From Candidatus Pelagibacter sp. HTCC7211 (GTDB lineage Bacteria > Pseudomonadota > Alphaproteobacteria > Pelagibacterales > Pelagibacteraceae): DNA of 32,000 nucleotides. The stretch spans positions 240,001-272,000 of the forward strand of contig NZ_DS995298.1 of assembly GCF_000155895.1 (NCBI RefSeq). The letters are read 5' to 3'. Shown one piece after another: positions 9,963 to 18,242 of this stretch; position 1 is the stretch's first letter, and each line of letters begins with the position of its first letter. The notes beneath the pieces were generated by a model. That model worked only from the letters and a program-made list of their open reading frames with translations. It did no database searches and was not told the origin of the DNA. The translations under genes were made by a program, and so were the position numbers.

Positions 9963-10799
9963 ATGATAATATGGATATCCTCATACCCCAAAAGTGGAAA
10001 TACCTACTTGAGATCATTTTTATCATCTTATTATTATTCTAAAGATGGTAAATTTGATTTTGATCTTTTATTAAACATTAATCAATTTCCAGCATTGAGA
10101 TACTCTGATAATAAATCTTATACTTATGTTGAAGCGGCAAAAAATTGGATAATCGATCAAAAGAAATTTTTTAATAAAGAAAAAATTTTTTTTTTAAAAA
10201 CTCATAATTCCTTACAGGAATACTTTGGTTATAGATTTACTAAATCTTCAGAAACCCTAGGAGCAATTTACATTGTAAGAGACCCAAGAAATGTTCTTTC
10301 TTCAATGTGCAACCATTATACGATGAATTTTAATGAGATGTACGGTAAAATGATAGATGAAAATGCTTCTTTATCTATAAAAAACCCTGATGGCAATTTA
10401 AGTAATTTTTCATTTTTGGGAAGTTGGTCTAATCACTATAAATCATGGAAAAATAATTTTGAATTTAAAACTTTATTTATTAGATATGAAGATCTTGAAG
10501 AAGACGTACATAATCAATTTTGGAAAATACTTACATTTATAGAGGAGCTAACTGGTAAAAATGAGCCAATAAATAAAAAAAAATTTGAGAATTCAATTAA
10601 TTCAACGAATTTTTCTAATCTCAAACAAAAAGAGAAATTGCATGGATTTAAAGAAAGTCCTATATTTAAAAAGGATAATAAAACAAATTTTTTTAATTTA
10701 GGTTTTAAAAATAAATGGCAACAAAATTTACCTGAGGAAATTTCAAATAAAATTAAGAATAAATTTTTTAATGAACTTAAAGAGCTAAAATATGAGTAA
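9963..10799 (+). CDS. Sulfotransferase-domain protein (PAPS-dependent type)
   Basis: The N-terminal IWISSYPKSGNTYLRSF matches the 5'-phosphosulfate-binding loop (PKSGTT-like). IYIVRDPRNVLSS matches the 3'-phosphate-binding RDPR region of cytosolic-type sulfotransferases. Confidence 0.8.
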   Translation: MIIWISSYPKSGNTYLRSFLSSYYYSKDGKFDFDLLLNINQFPALRYSDNKSYTYVEAAKNWIIDQKKFFNKEKIFFLKTHNSLQEYFGYRFTKSSETLGAIYIVRDPRNVLSSMCNHYTMNFNEMYGKMIDENASLSIKNPDGNLSNFSFLGSWSNHYKSWKNNFEFKTLFIRYEDLEEDVHNQFWKILTFIEELTGKNEPINKKKFENSINSTNFSNLKQKEKLHGFKESPIFKKDNKTNFFNLGFKNKWQQNLPEEISNKIKNKFFNELKELKYE

Positions 10800-11136
10800 T
10801 TTGAAAGATAAGAAGTGTGTTCCGTGTGAAGGAGGCGTTATTCCTTTCGATATATCGGAAATTCACAAATATCAAAAGAAAGTAGATGGGTGGGATGTTT
10901 CAAAAGATAATAAGCAAAATTTTTTTTTAAATAAAAGGTTTAATTTTAATAACTTTATAGAAAGTCAAGAATTTATTAATAAAGTAGGAGAAATCTCAGA
11001 GAATGAGGGGCATCATCCCGATATATCATTTGGATGGGGATATGCAGAAATTAAAATAACTACTCACGCAATAGAAGGTTTATCTGAAAACGATTTTATT
11101 TTAGCTGCAAAAATTGATCAGTTAACTAATGCCTAA
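10792..11136 (+). CDS. Pterin-4-alpha-carbinolamine dehydratase (PCD/DCoH-like)
   Basis: The 114-aa product contains EGHHPDISFGWGYAEIKITTH, the signature HHPD...T(T)H motif. It overlaps the sulfotransferase by 8 nt (ATGAGTAA). Confidence 0.85.
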   Translation: MSNLKDKKCVPCEGGVIPFDISEIHKYQKKVDGWDVSKDNKQNFFLNKRFNFNNFIESQEFINKVGEISENEGHHPDISFGWGYAEIKITTHAIEGLSENDFILAAKIDQLTNA

Positions 11137-12661
11137 AGTGTCTAGTTTTTGAAAAAACTAATATGGTATTGGTTTCATTTGCAAATTTAATAATTTCTTT
11201 ATCCCTTATAGATCCAGAGGGTTGAATGACTGCAGTTACACCTGATTGTACTAATTTTTCTATACCATCTACAAAAGGGAAAAAAGCATCAGATGCAGCA
11301 ACCATTTCGTCCTTTATTTTTACAAACTTATTCATTTTATCAATTGCAATTTGACAGCTATCCAATCTACTTGGTTGACCAGAACCAATCCCAGCTGTTG
11401 TTTCATTAGTTACTAAAACAATTGCATTTGATTTGACATATCTGCAAATATTAAAAGCAAAAATAAGATTTATCCATTGATTTTGACTCGGCTTTCTTTT
11501 GGATACAACTTTAAAATCTTTAATATTAAATCTATTTGCGTCTTCAGATTGAACTAATATTTCATCATTTTTAGATGTAAATTTTAGCTCATCTTTTAAT
11601 GTATAGTTTGATGCATCTATTAGCCTTATATTTTTTTTTCTTTTAAGAATTTTAATTGCATCAGCATCAAAATCATTTGCAATTACCACTTCAAGAAAAA
11701 GCTTACTTAATTCTTTTGCGATAGTCTTATTGACTTTATAATTACAAGATACTATTCCACCGAAAGCACTTACAGGATCACATTTTAAAGCTGAAATATA
11801 GCTTTCAAGATGATTTTTTTTGATAGATACCCCACATGGATTTGCATGTTTAACAATTACAGTACCTTTGTTTTTTGGTAATGATTTAGAAATTGTTAAT
11901 GCCGCAAAAATATCATTATAATTATTGTAGCTTAATTGTTTTCCATGGATTTGTTTAATATTTAGGATGGAGTCTTTCGAATAGACAGCACTTTTTTGGT
12001 GAGGATTTTCACCATACCTTGGTATTTCAATTAAGTTTGCGTGAAAAGTTTTTTTTTCAGGAAAAGTTATATTGGATATTTTATTCAAATAATTTGAAAT
12101 AATTGAGTCATAATAAGCAGTTTCTGTAAACGCAATTCTTGATAATTTTTTTCTAAACTCTAGTGTTGTAGATCCATTATTTTTTTTTAATTCTTCAATT
12201 AATTCTTCGTATTGATTTGAAGATGTAACAACTGCTACATCCATATAATTTTTAGCAGCAGATCTGACCATTGTTGGTCCACCAACATCTATATTTTTAA
12301 TTATTTTATTATGATTTTTGGTACTTTTTAAAGTGTTTTCAAATGGATAAAAATTTACAATAACTAAATCTATATTTTCAAAATTATTATTACTTAAATC
12401 TTTTAAGTGATTTTTGTTATTTCTTTTATTTAAAATTCCAGCATGAATTTTAGGATGAAGTGTTTTAACTCTCCCATCTAAAATTTCTGGTGAACCTGTA
12501 AATTCAGAAACTTCTAAGCATTTATATTTTAATCTTCTTATTTCTTTATAGGTACCACCAGAACTAATTATTTTTATCTTATTTTTTTTTAAAATATTGA
12601 GAAGTGGTTTTAAATTTTTTTTATCCGAAACTGATATTAAAGCTGTTTTAATTTTTTTCAT
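11126..12661 (-). CDS. purH: Bifunctional AICAR formyltransferase / IMP cyclohydrolase
   Basis: The sequence KTALISVSDKKNL...SSGGT...VKTLHPKIHAGIL...DLVIVNFYPF...IDVGGPTMVRSAAKN...KHANPCG...GSGQPSRLDS...ASDAFFPF...IQPSGSIRD covers both PurH domains. The ORF track starts at a GTG at 12682. The ATG at 12661 (MKKIKTALISVSDK) is preferred and gives a TAATG overlap with the upstream gene. Confidence 0.95.
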   Translation of the reverse strand: MKKIKTALISVSDKKNLKPLLNILKKNKIKIISSGGTYKEIRRLKYKCLEVSEFTGSPEILDGRVKTLHPKIHAGILNKRNNKNHLKDLSNNNFENIDLVIVNFYPFENTLKSTKNHNKIIKNIDVGGPTMVRSAAKNYMDVAVVTSSNQYEELIEELKKNNGSTTLEFRKKLSRIAFTETAYYDSIISNYLNKISNITFPEKKTFHANLIEIPRYGENPHQKSAVYSKDSILNIKQIHGKQLSYNNYNDIFAALTISKSLPKNKGTVIVKHANPCGVSIKKNHLESYISALKCDPVSAFGGIVSCNYKVNKTIAKELSKLFLEVVIANDFDADAIKILKRKKNIRLIDASNYTLKDELKFTSKNDEILVQSEDANRFNIKDFKVVSKRKPSQNQWINLIFAFNICRYVKSNAIVLVTNETTAGIGSGQPSRLDSCQIAIDKMNKFVKIKDEMVAASDAFFPFVDGIEKLVQSGVTAVIQPSGSIRDKEIIKFANETNTILVFSKTRHFRH

Positions 12662-14289
12662 TACAACCGTGTAATCTCCCACTTGATAACCTGCTCTGTT
12701 TCATGAGTTATTCCTGATATAAAAATATTATGGTTTTCTTTATATGAATTTTTATTACCGAAATATAATCCATTATCAATATTTATATTAAATTTATCGC
12801 AGCTAAATTTCCAACCTTCATTTTCTAATTCAACTAGTATTGACTTATTATCTTGTGTTTTCATCACTTTTGAGTCAGGATTTAAATGAAATCTAATATC
12901 AAATTTTACATCTTTATCTTTATTTTTTCTTACTATTTTATCGGTACCGATAAATTTTGTTTGTTCGGGATAAAATTCTATTTCTCTATTATGAATAGAA
13001 CCAAATTTTTTAAGATAACCATCATGTGAAGCTGAAATTTTCCAATAATTATCTTCAAACACAATATTTTTATTCATAATTTTTAAACCTTGATCAACTA
13101 AATAGCCTAGTGATTTTAATTTTTTAAAACTACAGGAAGAATAATCTTCGATTATTAAAGTGTTCTGTAATGCGGTGCTTTTTGAGAGTTTATTAAGTTT
13201 ATTTTGTTTATTGGAAAAGTAGCCTGAATTACTAATTAATTTTTTACCACTTGATATTATCTCGAATGATAAAGCACCAGATTGATAATCATTTGATTGA
13301 GGTCCAATTGGACTTGGTCCTATATCCATTGCTAATATAATTTTTTTATTTTTAAGAATTGCATAACCAGCAGTCTCTTTATTCTCATTTTTAAATGTAT
13401 AATTAAATCTTTTTAAATATTGATCAAATTCATCGTTGTTAGATATATAATTTCCATTAAATAAAATATCATGTTTGATATTTTGCCATATAGAGGCATA
13501 GTTTATACCAAGATAATAAATTGTTTCATCTATGAATTCTGGAATTGTATTTTGTGATTCCTTAAACCATTCTCTAATTAAAATAAAATACTTTAAATAA
13601 TAAATCAGCTGCTTAATGTTTCTTGATTTTGGAAATCCATTATTATCAATTGAAGTTTTTATAATTTTTCTTAAAAACGATAAACCATTATCAAGGTAAA
13701 TTTTATTATTTTGGTAAGCTAAACCTGTTAAAATAATTGCTGAGCATCCAATCATTTTATTTTCAAACACCTTTGAATTTTTTATTTCATTTAAAAGGTG
13801 GTTTGTTTGTTTTTGAATACTAGAGTCAAATTTTATTTTAAATTCTTTATCATCATCGTCATATGTTAACTCATGATTTGATAACCAGGATATCACTCTT
13901 TTTGAAGTAAGATCAAAGTCCCAACTTTTATTATTATATTTATTGTTATTATTTATCCAATTAACAATTAAGGATTGTACAGCTTTTTTTGAAGATTTTA
14001 AATCTAAGCTAAAAAACCAAAAAAAATTATTTAATTTCTCATAATCTTTTAAATTAATATTGTTGGTCCAAATAGATTCTAGTGAAAAGTCTTCAATTTT
14101 ATATTTTTTTTTTTGATATTTAACTATTGATGATAATAGATGCGGACTTGGCTTATAATTGAAAGTATTATTGTAAGTTTTAGAAATTTTTTTGTCATAT
14201 AAATTAGAATTTTGATAAATTCTATTTATATAATTTTTAAGGTTAAAATAGATTTGAACAAAGCTATCTAAGAATTTTTTGACAATCAT
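12661..14289 (-). CDS. Heparinase II/III-like family protein (function unknown)
   Basis: The 542-aa product contains ..DNNGFPKSRNIKQLIYYLKYFILIREWF.. and ..SGALSFEIISSGKKLISNSGY...ALQNTLIIEDYSS... These resemble the conserved blocks of heparinase II/III-like proteins. As I recall it, members of this family sit next to purH in many alphaproteobacteria. The call rests on recollection, not on an alignment. Confidence 0.55.
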   Translation of the reverse strand: MIVKKFLDSFVQIYFNLKNYINRIYQNSNLYDKKISKTYNNTFNYKPSPHLLSSIVKYQKKKYKIEDFSLESIWTNNINLKDYEKLNNFFWFFSLDLKSSKKAVQSLIVNWINNNNKYNNKSWDFDLTSKRVISWLSNHELTYDDDDKEFKIKFDSSIQKQTNHLLNEIKNSKVFENKMIGCSAIILTGLAYQNNKIYLDNGLSFLRKIIKTSIDNNGFPKSRNIKQLIYYLKYFILIREWFKESQNTIPEFIDETIYYLGINYASIWQNIKHDILFNGNYISNNDEFDQYLKRFNYTFKNENKETAGYAILKNKKIILAMDIGPSPIGPQSNDYQSGALSFEIISSGKKLISNSGYFSNKQNKLNKLSKSTALQNTLIIEDYSSCSFKKLKSLGYLVDQGLKIMNKNIVFEDNYWKISASHDGYLKKFGSIHNREIEFYPEQTKFIGTDKIVRKNKDKDVKFDIRFHLNPDSKVMKTQDNKSILVELENEGWKFSCDKFNINIDNGLYFGNKNSYKENHNIFISGITHETEQVIKWEITRL

Positions 14290-14293
14290 TAAC

Positions 14294-14953
14294 TTATTTT
14301 AATTTTAATAAATTAATATTCTTTTTTATATCTCCATTATTACTTTTAAATATTGTTGTTCCTGAAACAAGAATATTTGCACCCGCTTCAATTGCATCTT
14401 TACAATTGTCAAAATTAATTCCACCATCAATCTCAATATCAAAATCAAGATTATTGTTATTTTGAATTTTTTTAAGTTCTTTAATTTTTTCTAAAACTTC
14501 AGGCATAAATTTTTGACCACCAAATCCAGGATTGACACTCATTATTAAAATTAAATCAATTTTATCAAGAAAGCCTTTAATTAAATCAATTTTAGACTCA
14601 GGGTTCAAGGAAACACCAACTTTTTTATTTAACTCTCTAATTTTTAAAATTGAAGCTTCTAGATTATCAGTTGCTTCTGGATGAATGGTTATAATATCAG
14701 CTCCAGCATCAGCATAAGACTCAATATATTTATGGACTGGAGAAATCATTAAATGGACATCAAACTTGAGATCACATTGTTTTCTTAGAGCTTTAATAAC
14801 CGGTGGTCCAATTGTAAGATTTGGAACAAAGTGACCATCCATAACATCAACATGGATCATATCAGCACCACCTTCTTCAAGTCTTTTAATTTCAACACCT
14901 AATTGACTAAAATCAGCAGATAGTATTGAAGGTGAAATTTGTATTTTTTTCAT
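14294..14953 (-). CDS. rpe: Ribulose-phosphate 3-epimerase
   Basis: The sequence ISPSILSADFSQLG...GADMIHVDVMDGHFVPNLTIGP...DVHLM...MSVNPGFGGQKF...IEIDGGI is the canonical Rpe pattern. Confidence 0.95.
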   Translation of the reverse strand: MKKIQISPSILSADFSQLGVEIKRLEEGGADMIHVDVMDGHFVPNLTIGPPVIKALRKQCDLKFDVHLMISPVHKYIESYADAGADIITIHPEATDNLEASILKIRELNKKVGVSLNPESKIDLIKGFLDKIDLILIMSVNPGFGGQKFMPEVLEKIKELKKIQNNNNLDFDIEIDGGINFDNCKDAIEAGANILVSGTTIFKSNNGDIKKNINLLKLK

Positions 14954-14981
14954 TGATTAATAAATTTATTATTATCAATTT

Positions 14982-15338
14982 TTAAAATCTAATTGAATTA
15001 AATAATTGATAAATTTGTCTAGAAATTTCACTTTCAAGAGGAAATGACAACATACCCATCACAGAATATCCTAAAACCCAGGGCATAAAGTAAAATCTTA
15101 TCATATAGAAGAACCAGGCAACGTATAGAGGTACCAATGGTCTGATAATAAAAGATGGAGTAATTGGATTAAATAATTTTATTAAAGGGTTTGTGTATCT
15201 GACGAATATTTTCATAAAAAAAAACTCAGAGTCTTCTTTTTGAAAAATATTCATTGCAACTCTTCCTATTAGGGTCCACATAATTATTCCAAGAAAATAA
15301 TCTATAAAATAAATAATAGGATGAAAATTTGCTGACAT
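14982..15338 (-). CDS. Small integral membrane protein, distantly YggT-like
   Basis: The 118-aa product has 3-4 hydrophobic segments. RYTNPLIKLFNPITP loosely resembles the YggT motif (T.P.L.P.R..P). It is the first gene after the terminator and heads the rpe-hep-purH run. The family assignment is weak. Confidence 0.4.
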   Translation of the reverse strand: MSANFHPIIYFIDYFLGIIMWTLIGRVAMNIFQKEDSEFFFMKIFVRYTNPLIKLFNPITPSFIIRPLVPLYVAWFFYMIRFYFMPWVLGYSVMGMLSFPLESEISRQIYQLFNSIRF

Positions 15339-15370
15339 TAAGAAATTTATATTGGAATAAATGTCAAATT

Positions 15371-15394
15371 AAAAGGGGCGAAATTAATCGCCCC
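15371..15394 (-). terminator. Rho-independent terminator downstream of the symporter operon
   Basis: The minus strand reads GGGGCGA-ttaatt-TCGCCCC followed by TTTT. This is a 7-bp GC-rich stem starting 15 nt after the symporter stop codon. Confidence 0.8.
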
Positions 15395-15409
15395 TAGAAT
15401 TAAGATTTA

Positions 15410-17224
15410 TTAGTGTTGTTTACCAAGTATTGATTTACCACTTGGTATACGAACTTCATCAACCATTTTCTGAGTTGCAGCATCTGGTGCAGATGTAATT
15501 AAACTTACAACCACCATAGATACTAAACTCACACCAGCTCCGAAGATACCGAATGTTAACTGAGTAAGACCTAAGAATCCACTTCCACCACTTCGCACCC
15601 AAACTAGGTACCAAATAGAAGATGCAAGACCTAAAGCCATACCAGCAATAGCACCCTGTCTGTTAGCTCTTTTCCACCATACACCTAGTACAAGTGGGAA
15701 GAACAATCCAGACATCGCAAAGTCAAAAGCCCAAATAACTGAACCTAAGATACCTTGGATCTCCATTGCTGCAATAGTTGCTCCAGCAAAACCAATTACA
15801 ACAAGTAATGCTCTTGCTACAAGTAGTCTTTTTGCAGTCTCTGCTTTTGGATCTATCATTTTGTAATAAACGTCATGAGAGATCGCATTAGCAATTGCTA
15901 AGATCAAACCATCAGCAGTTGACATGGCAGCAGCCATACCTCCAGCAGCAACCAGACCCGAGATTACATATGGTAATCCAGCTATTTCTGGAGTCGCTAA
16001 CACAACTGCTTTACCGCCCATAAAGAACTCATTTAATTCAAGAGTTCCATTGCCGTTAAAGTCACTGATGAACATCAAGTTTGCTTGATTCCAATTTTGG
16101 AACCAGTCTATTGATTGAACTTCAGCAAATGATTTACCAATAATACCAGTAGATAATGTTGGATCAATCAGTGATAGTTTAGATAGAGTTGCTAACATCG
16201 GCGCAGAAGAATACAGAAGGAAGATAAAGAATAATGACCAACCTACTGATTTTCTAGCTGCTTTTACACTTGGGGTAGTAAAGTATCTCATCATAACGTG
16301 AGGCAATGAAGCTGTTCCCATCATCATCGCTAATGCTAATGAAATAAATGCCCAAGGTGTAGCGTTTACTGCAGAGTGCGCTTTAGTTATTCCAGCTAAC
16401 CCTTTAGGTACTGTTGCAAGATCAGCAGCAGAGTTTTTAACAAACCCAAACTGTTGTTCTAACTCGCCAATTCTAGCCACTTCATCAGCTAACATAAAGT
16501 GAGGGAAGAAACCTGCACCCATTTTGTTACTGATCCAGAATACTGGAAGTAAGTAAGCTATGATTAGTACGATATATTGTGCAACCTGTGTCCAAGTTAC
16601 CGCTCTCATACCACCCAACATTGAACAAAGTAAAATACTTATTAGTCCAACATATACAGCGTATTTAAAGTCGATATCTAGGGCAACAGATGCAATAGTA
16701 CCTGTAGCGTTAATTTGTGCAGTCACGTAAGTGAATGAAGCAACTGTTAAAACTACTACAGCAAGTAATCTTGCTAAATTACCACCGTATCTTGTACCAA
16801 TAAAATCTGGAACTGTGTAACAGCCAAATTTTCTTAAGTATGGTGCTAATAAAGTTGCAACTAATATATAACCACCAGTCCAACCAACAAGTAGAGCCAT
16901 ATAACCATAACCCTTAAAGTAAATTCCACCTGCCATTGCAACGAATGATGCACCAGACATCCAGTCTGCTGCTGTTGCCATACCATTAAATACTGTTGGA
17001 ACTTGCCTTCCAGCTACGTAATAAGCATCTGCTTGTGCCGTTCTTGATAGATAACCGATTAATGCATAGATGAATATTGTGAAAGCTACAAAAGCGATAC
17101 CTATTGCTTTAGCAGTCATACCCATCTGCTCACCAATTGCCATTAAGATTATAAAACCTATAAATCCACCGGTATAGATTCCATAAACCTTAGGCAAATT
17201 GTCTATAAATTTACCTTTAATCAT
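15410..17224 (-). CDS. Sodium:solute symporter family permease, large subunit (ActP-like; VC_2705-type, pairs with DUF4212)
   Basis: The 604-aa product has about 13-14 TM segments and the SSS family pattern (..YYVAGRQVP...NGMATAADWMSGASF..GG..). It has a TAATG overlap with the upstream DUF4212 gene and a strong SD. acs lies nearby, as in acs-actP loci. Confidence 0.9.
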   Translation of the reverse strand: MIKGKFIDNLPKVYGIYTGGFIGFIILMAIGEQMGMTAKAIGIAFVAFTIFIYALIGYLSRTAQADAYYVAGRQVPTVFNGMATAADWMSGASFVAMAGGIYFKGYGYMALLVGWTGGYILVATLLAPYLRKFGCYTVPDFIGTRYGGNLARLLAVVVLTVASFTYVTAQINATGTIASVALDIDFKYAVYVGLISILLCSMLGGMRAVTWTQVAQYIVLIIAYLLPVFWISNKMGAGFFPHFMLADEVARIGELEQQFGFVKNSAADLATVPKGLAGITKAHSAVNATPWAFISLALAMMMGTASLPHVMMRYFTTPSVKAARKSVGWSLFFIFLLYSSAPMLATLSKLSLIDPTLSTGIIGKSFAEVQSIDWFQNWNQANLMFISDFNGNGTLELNEFFMGGKAVVLATPEIAGLPYVISGLVAAGGMAAAMSTADGLILAIANAISHDVYYKMIDPKAETAKRLLVARALLVVIGFAGATIAAMEIQGILGSVIWAFDFAMSGLFFPLVLGVWWKRANRQGAIAGMALGLASSIWYLVWVRSGGSGFLGLTQLTFGIFGAGVSLVSMVVVSLITSAPDAATQKMVDEVRIPSGKSILGKQH

Positions 17225-17484
17225 TAATCATCTCCTCTCTCAGTAAAGCCGAACTCTTCATCGATCTTTTCTTGTCTATTTGCAAACCAGAAAATTAGAA
17301 TTACAAATATTCCAAGAGAACCCTGACATGTAAACCAGTATGTCCATGGGTAACCGAAAGGTCCAGTGACCTCATTCATTTCAGCTCCGAAAAGGAAGAT
17401 GCCCATTGAGAAAACAGCCCAGATAATCAGTGTTATAAATAACAATGACCTGGATTTTTCCCAGTGTTTTTGTGCGTTTGACAT
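17224..17484 (-). CDS. DUF4212 small membrane protein (putative solute:sodium symporter small subunit)
   Basis: The 86-aa product has two TM segments. The pattern ...HWEKSRSLLFITLIIWAVFS...WFTCQGSLGIFVILIFWFANRQEKIDEEFG matches this family, which is always found directly upstream of this SSS subtype. Confidence 0.8.
   Translation of the reverse strand: MSNAQKHWEKSRSLLFITLIIWAVFSMGIFLFGAEMNEVTGPFGYPWTYWFTCQGSLGIFVILIFWFANRQEKIDEEFGFTERGDD
17232..17237 (-). promoter_or_regulatory. Shine-Dalgarno (GAGGAG) for the symporter large subunit
   Basis: The minus strand reads GAGGAG, 7 nt upstream of the ATG at 17224. It lies inside the 3' end of the DUF4212 gene. Confidence 0.6.
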
Positions 17485-17489
17485 TTAAA

Positions 17490-17496
17490 CCTCTCT
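17490..17496 (-). promoter_or_regulatory. Shine-Dalgarno (AGAGAGG) for the DUF4212 gene
   Basis: The minus strand reads AGAGAGG, 5 nt upstream of the ATG at 17484. Confidence 0.6.
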
Positions 17497-17592
17497 TTTT
17501 AGTTATAACTAATCAAAACCATAACCATTATGAAGCTTTTGGGAAGTGTAAAAATTGTTCATAATAGTGAATTATTTAGGCATTTTTTGGAG

Positions 17593-17598
17593 TATAAT
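17593..17598 (+). promoter_or_regulatory. Candidate -10 box (TATAAT) for the 207-aa ORF
   Basis: A perfect TATAAT lies 20 nt upstream of the ATG at 17619. No convincing -35 is present, and perfect TATAAT is not rare by chance in DNA this AT-rich. Confidence 0.25.
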
Positions 17599-17618
17599 GG
17601 AATTTTTATAAAATCTTT

Positions 17619-18242
17619 ATGCAAAAATATAAATTATCATTAAAAGACTTGTCTTTTAAAGATTTTAAAGTTTATTTGTTTGCTTTATTTAAAGCGTTTA
17701 TTCCAAAAAAAAAAATTAAAAATTTAGATGATCTTGAGCATTTCATACAAACTAAATCCGCCTGGGTTACACAAGTAACACTATATAATTATTTAAAAAC
17801 TAGAATGGGAACTAGATATGTTCTGCATTTTGATAATGATGTATTTATGTCTTCCGTTAATCTTGCTAAATGGAATATCTATTATGTTGCATTACAAGAT
17901 CTTACTTTTTTTACATTTTCATATTTAAGAGTTAATTTTAATTATAACGATACTAATCAAGCAAAAGAAATTTTTTACAAAATTTTAGATGACGAAACAT
18001 CTAACAATATGCCTCTTGATATAATTTATGAAGCAAAAAAATCTTTTGACGAAAGATTACAAAAAATTAATTTTGAAAATTATTATAAAGATTTGCCATT
18101 TAACCCAAGTGCTTTATCATTGTATAAATGGGCACCTATTGCTGAAGAGCTTAAAAGTTTAGATAGAAAGATTGTTCTTAATTCGATGATATTAAAATGG
18201 GATATTATTAAAGATGAATTTAAAAATTTAATACAGTTCTAA
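17619..18242 (+). CDS. Hypothetical protein (207 aa, no family recognised)
   Basis: This is a clean 207-codon ORF in a genome with almost no non-coding DNA. Its composition matches neighbouring genes. I recognise no TM segments, signal peptide or catalytic/HTH motif. Confidence 0.6.
   Translation: MQKYKLSLKDLSFKDFKVYLFALFKAFIPKKKIKNLDDLEHFIQTKSAWVTQVTLYNYLKTRMGTRYVLHFDNDVFMSSVNLAKWNIYYVALQDLTFFTFSYLRVNFNYNDTNQAKEIFYKILDDETSNNMPLDIIYEAKKSFDERLQKINFENYYKDLPFNPSALSLYKWAPIAEELKSLDRKIVLNSMILKWDIIKDEFKNLIQF

Noticed and set aside
9874-11136. tRNA-Gly-anchored genomic island carrying the sulfotransferase
   Set aside because: I found no integrase and no direct repeat of the tRNA 3' end downstream. 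The segment is only two genes long, and the second overlaps the convergent core gene purH. The gene is kept as a finding for its biology, not as a mobile element.
15339-15370. Perfect TTGACA (minus strand) just downstream of the symporter terminator as the promoter of the yggT-like/rpe/purH run
   Set aside because: I found no -10-like hexamer at a 16-18-nt spacing. TATAAA lies only 10 nt away, and the ATG is 26 nt from the -35. I cannot support a promoter call.
15410-17484. Visibly higher GC content of the symporter genes (and to a lesser extent acs and dctP) as a sign of horizontal transfer
   Set aside because: The shift tracks amino-acid composition (Gly/Ala/Val/Leu-rich polytopic membrane proteins) and probably expression-linked codon choice. 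There are no flanking repeats, integrase or tRNA boundary, and the genes are tightly coupled to their neighbours.
17509-17643. Mini-ORFs (17 codons on the minus strand, 37 codons on the plus strand) in the 134-nt spacer as real leader peptides
   Set aside because: Neither has an SD, a conserved-looking sequence or regulatory-codon enrichment. ORFs this short are expected by chance. They are mentioned only as part of the spacer finding.
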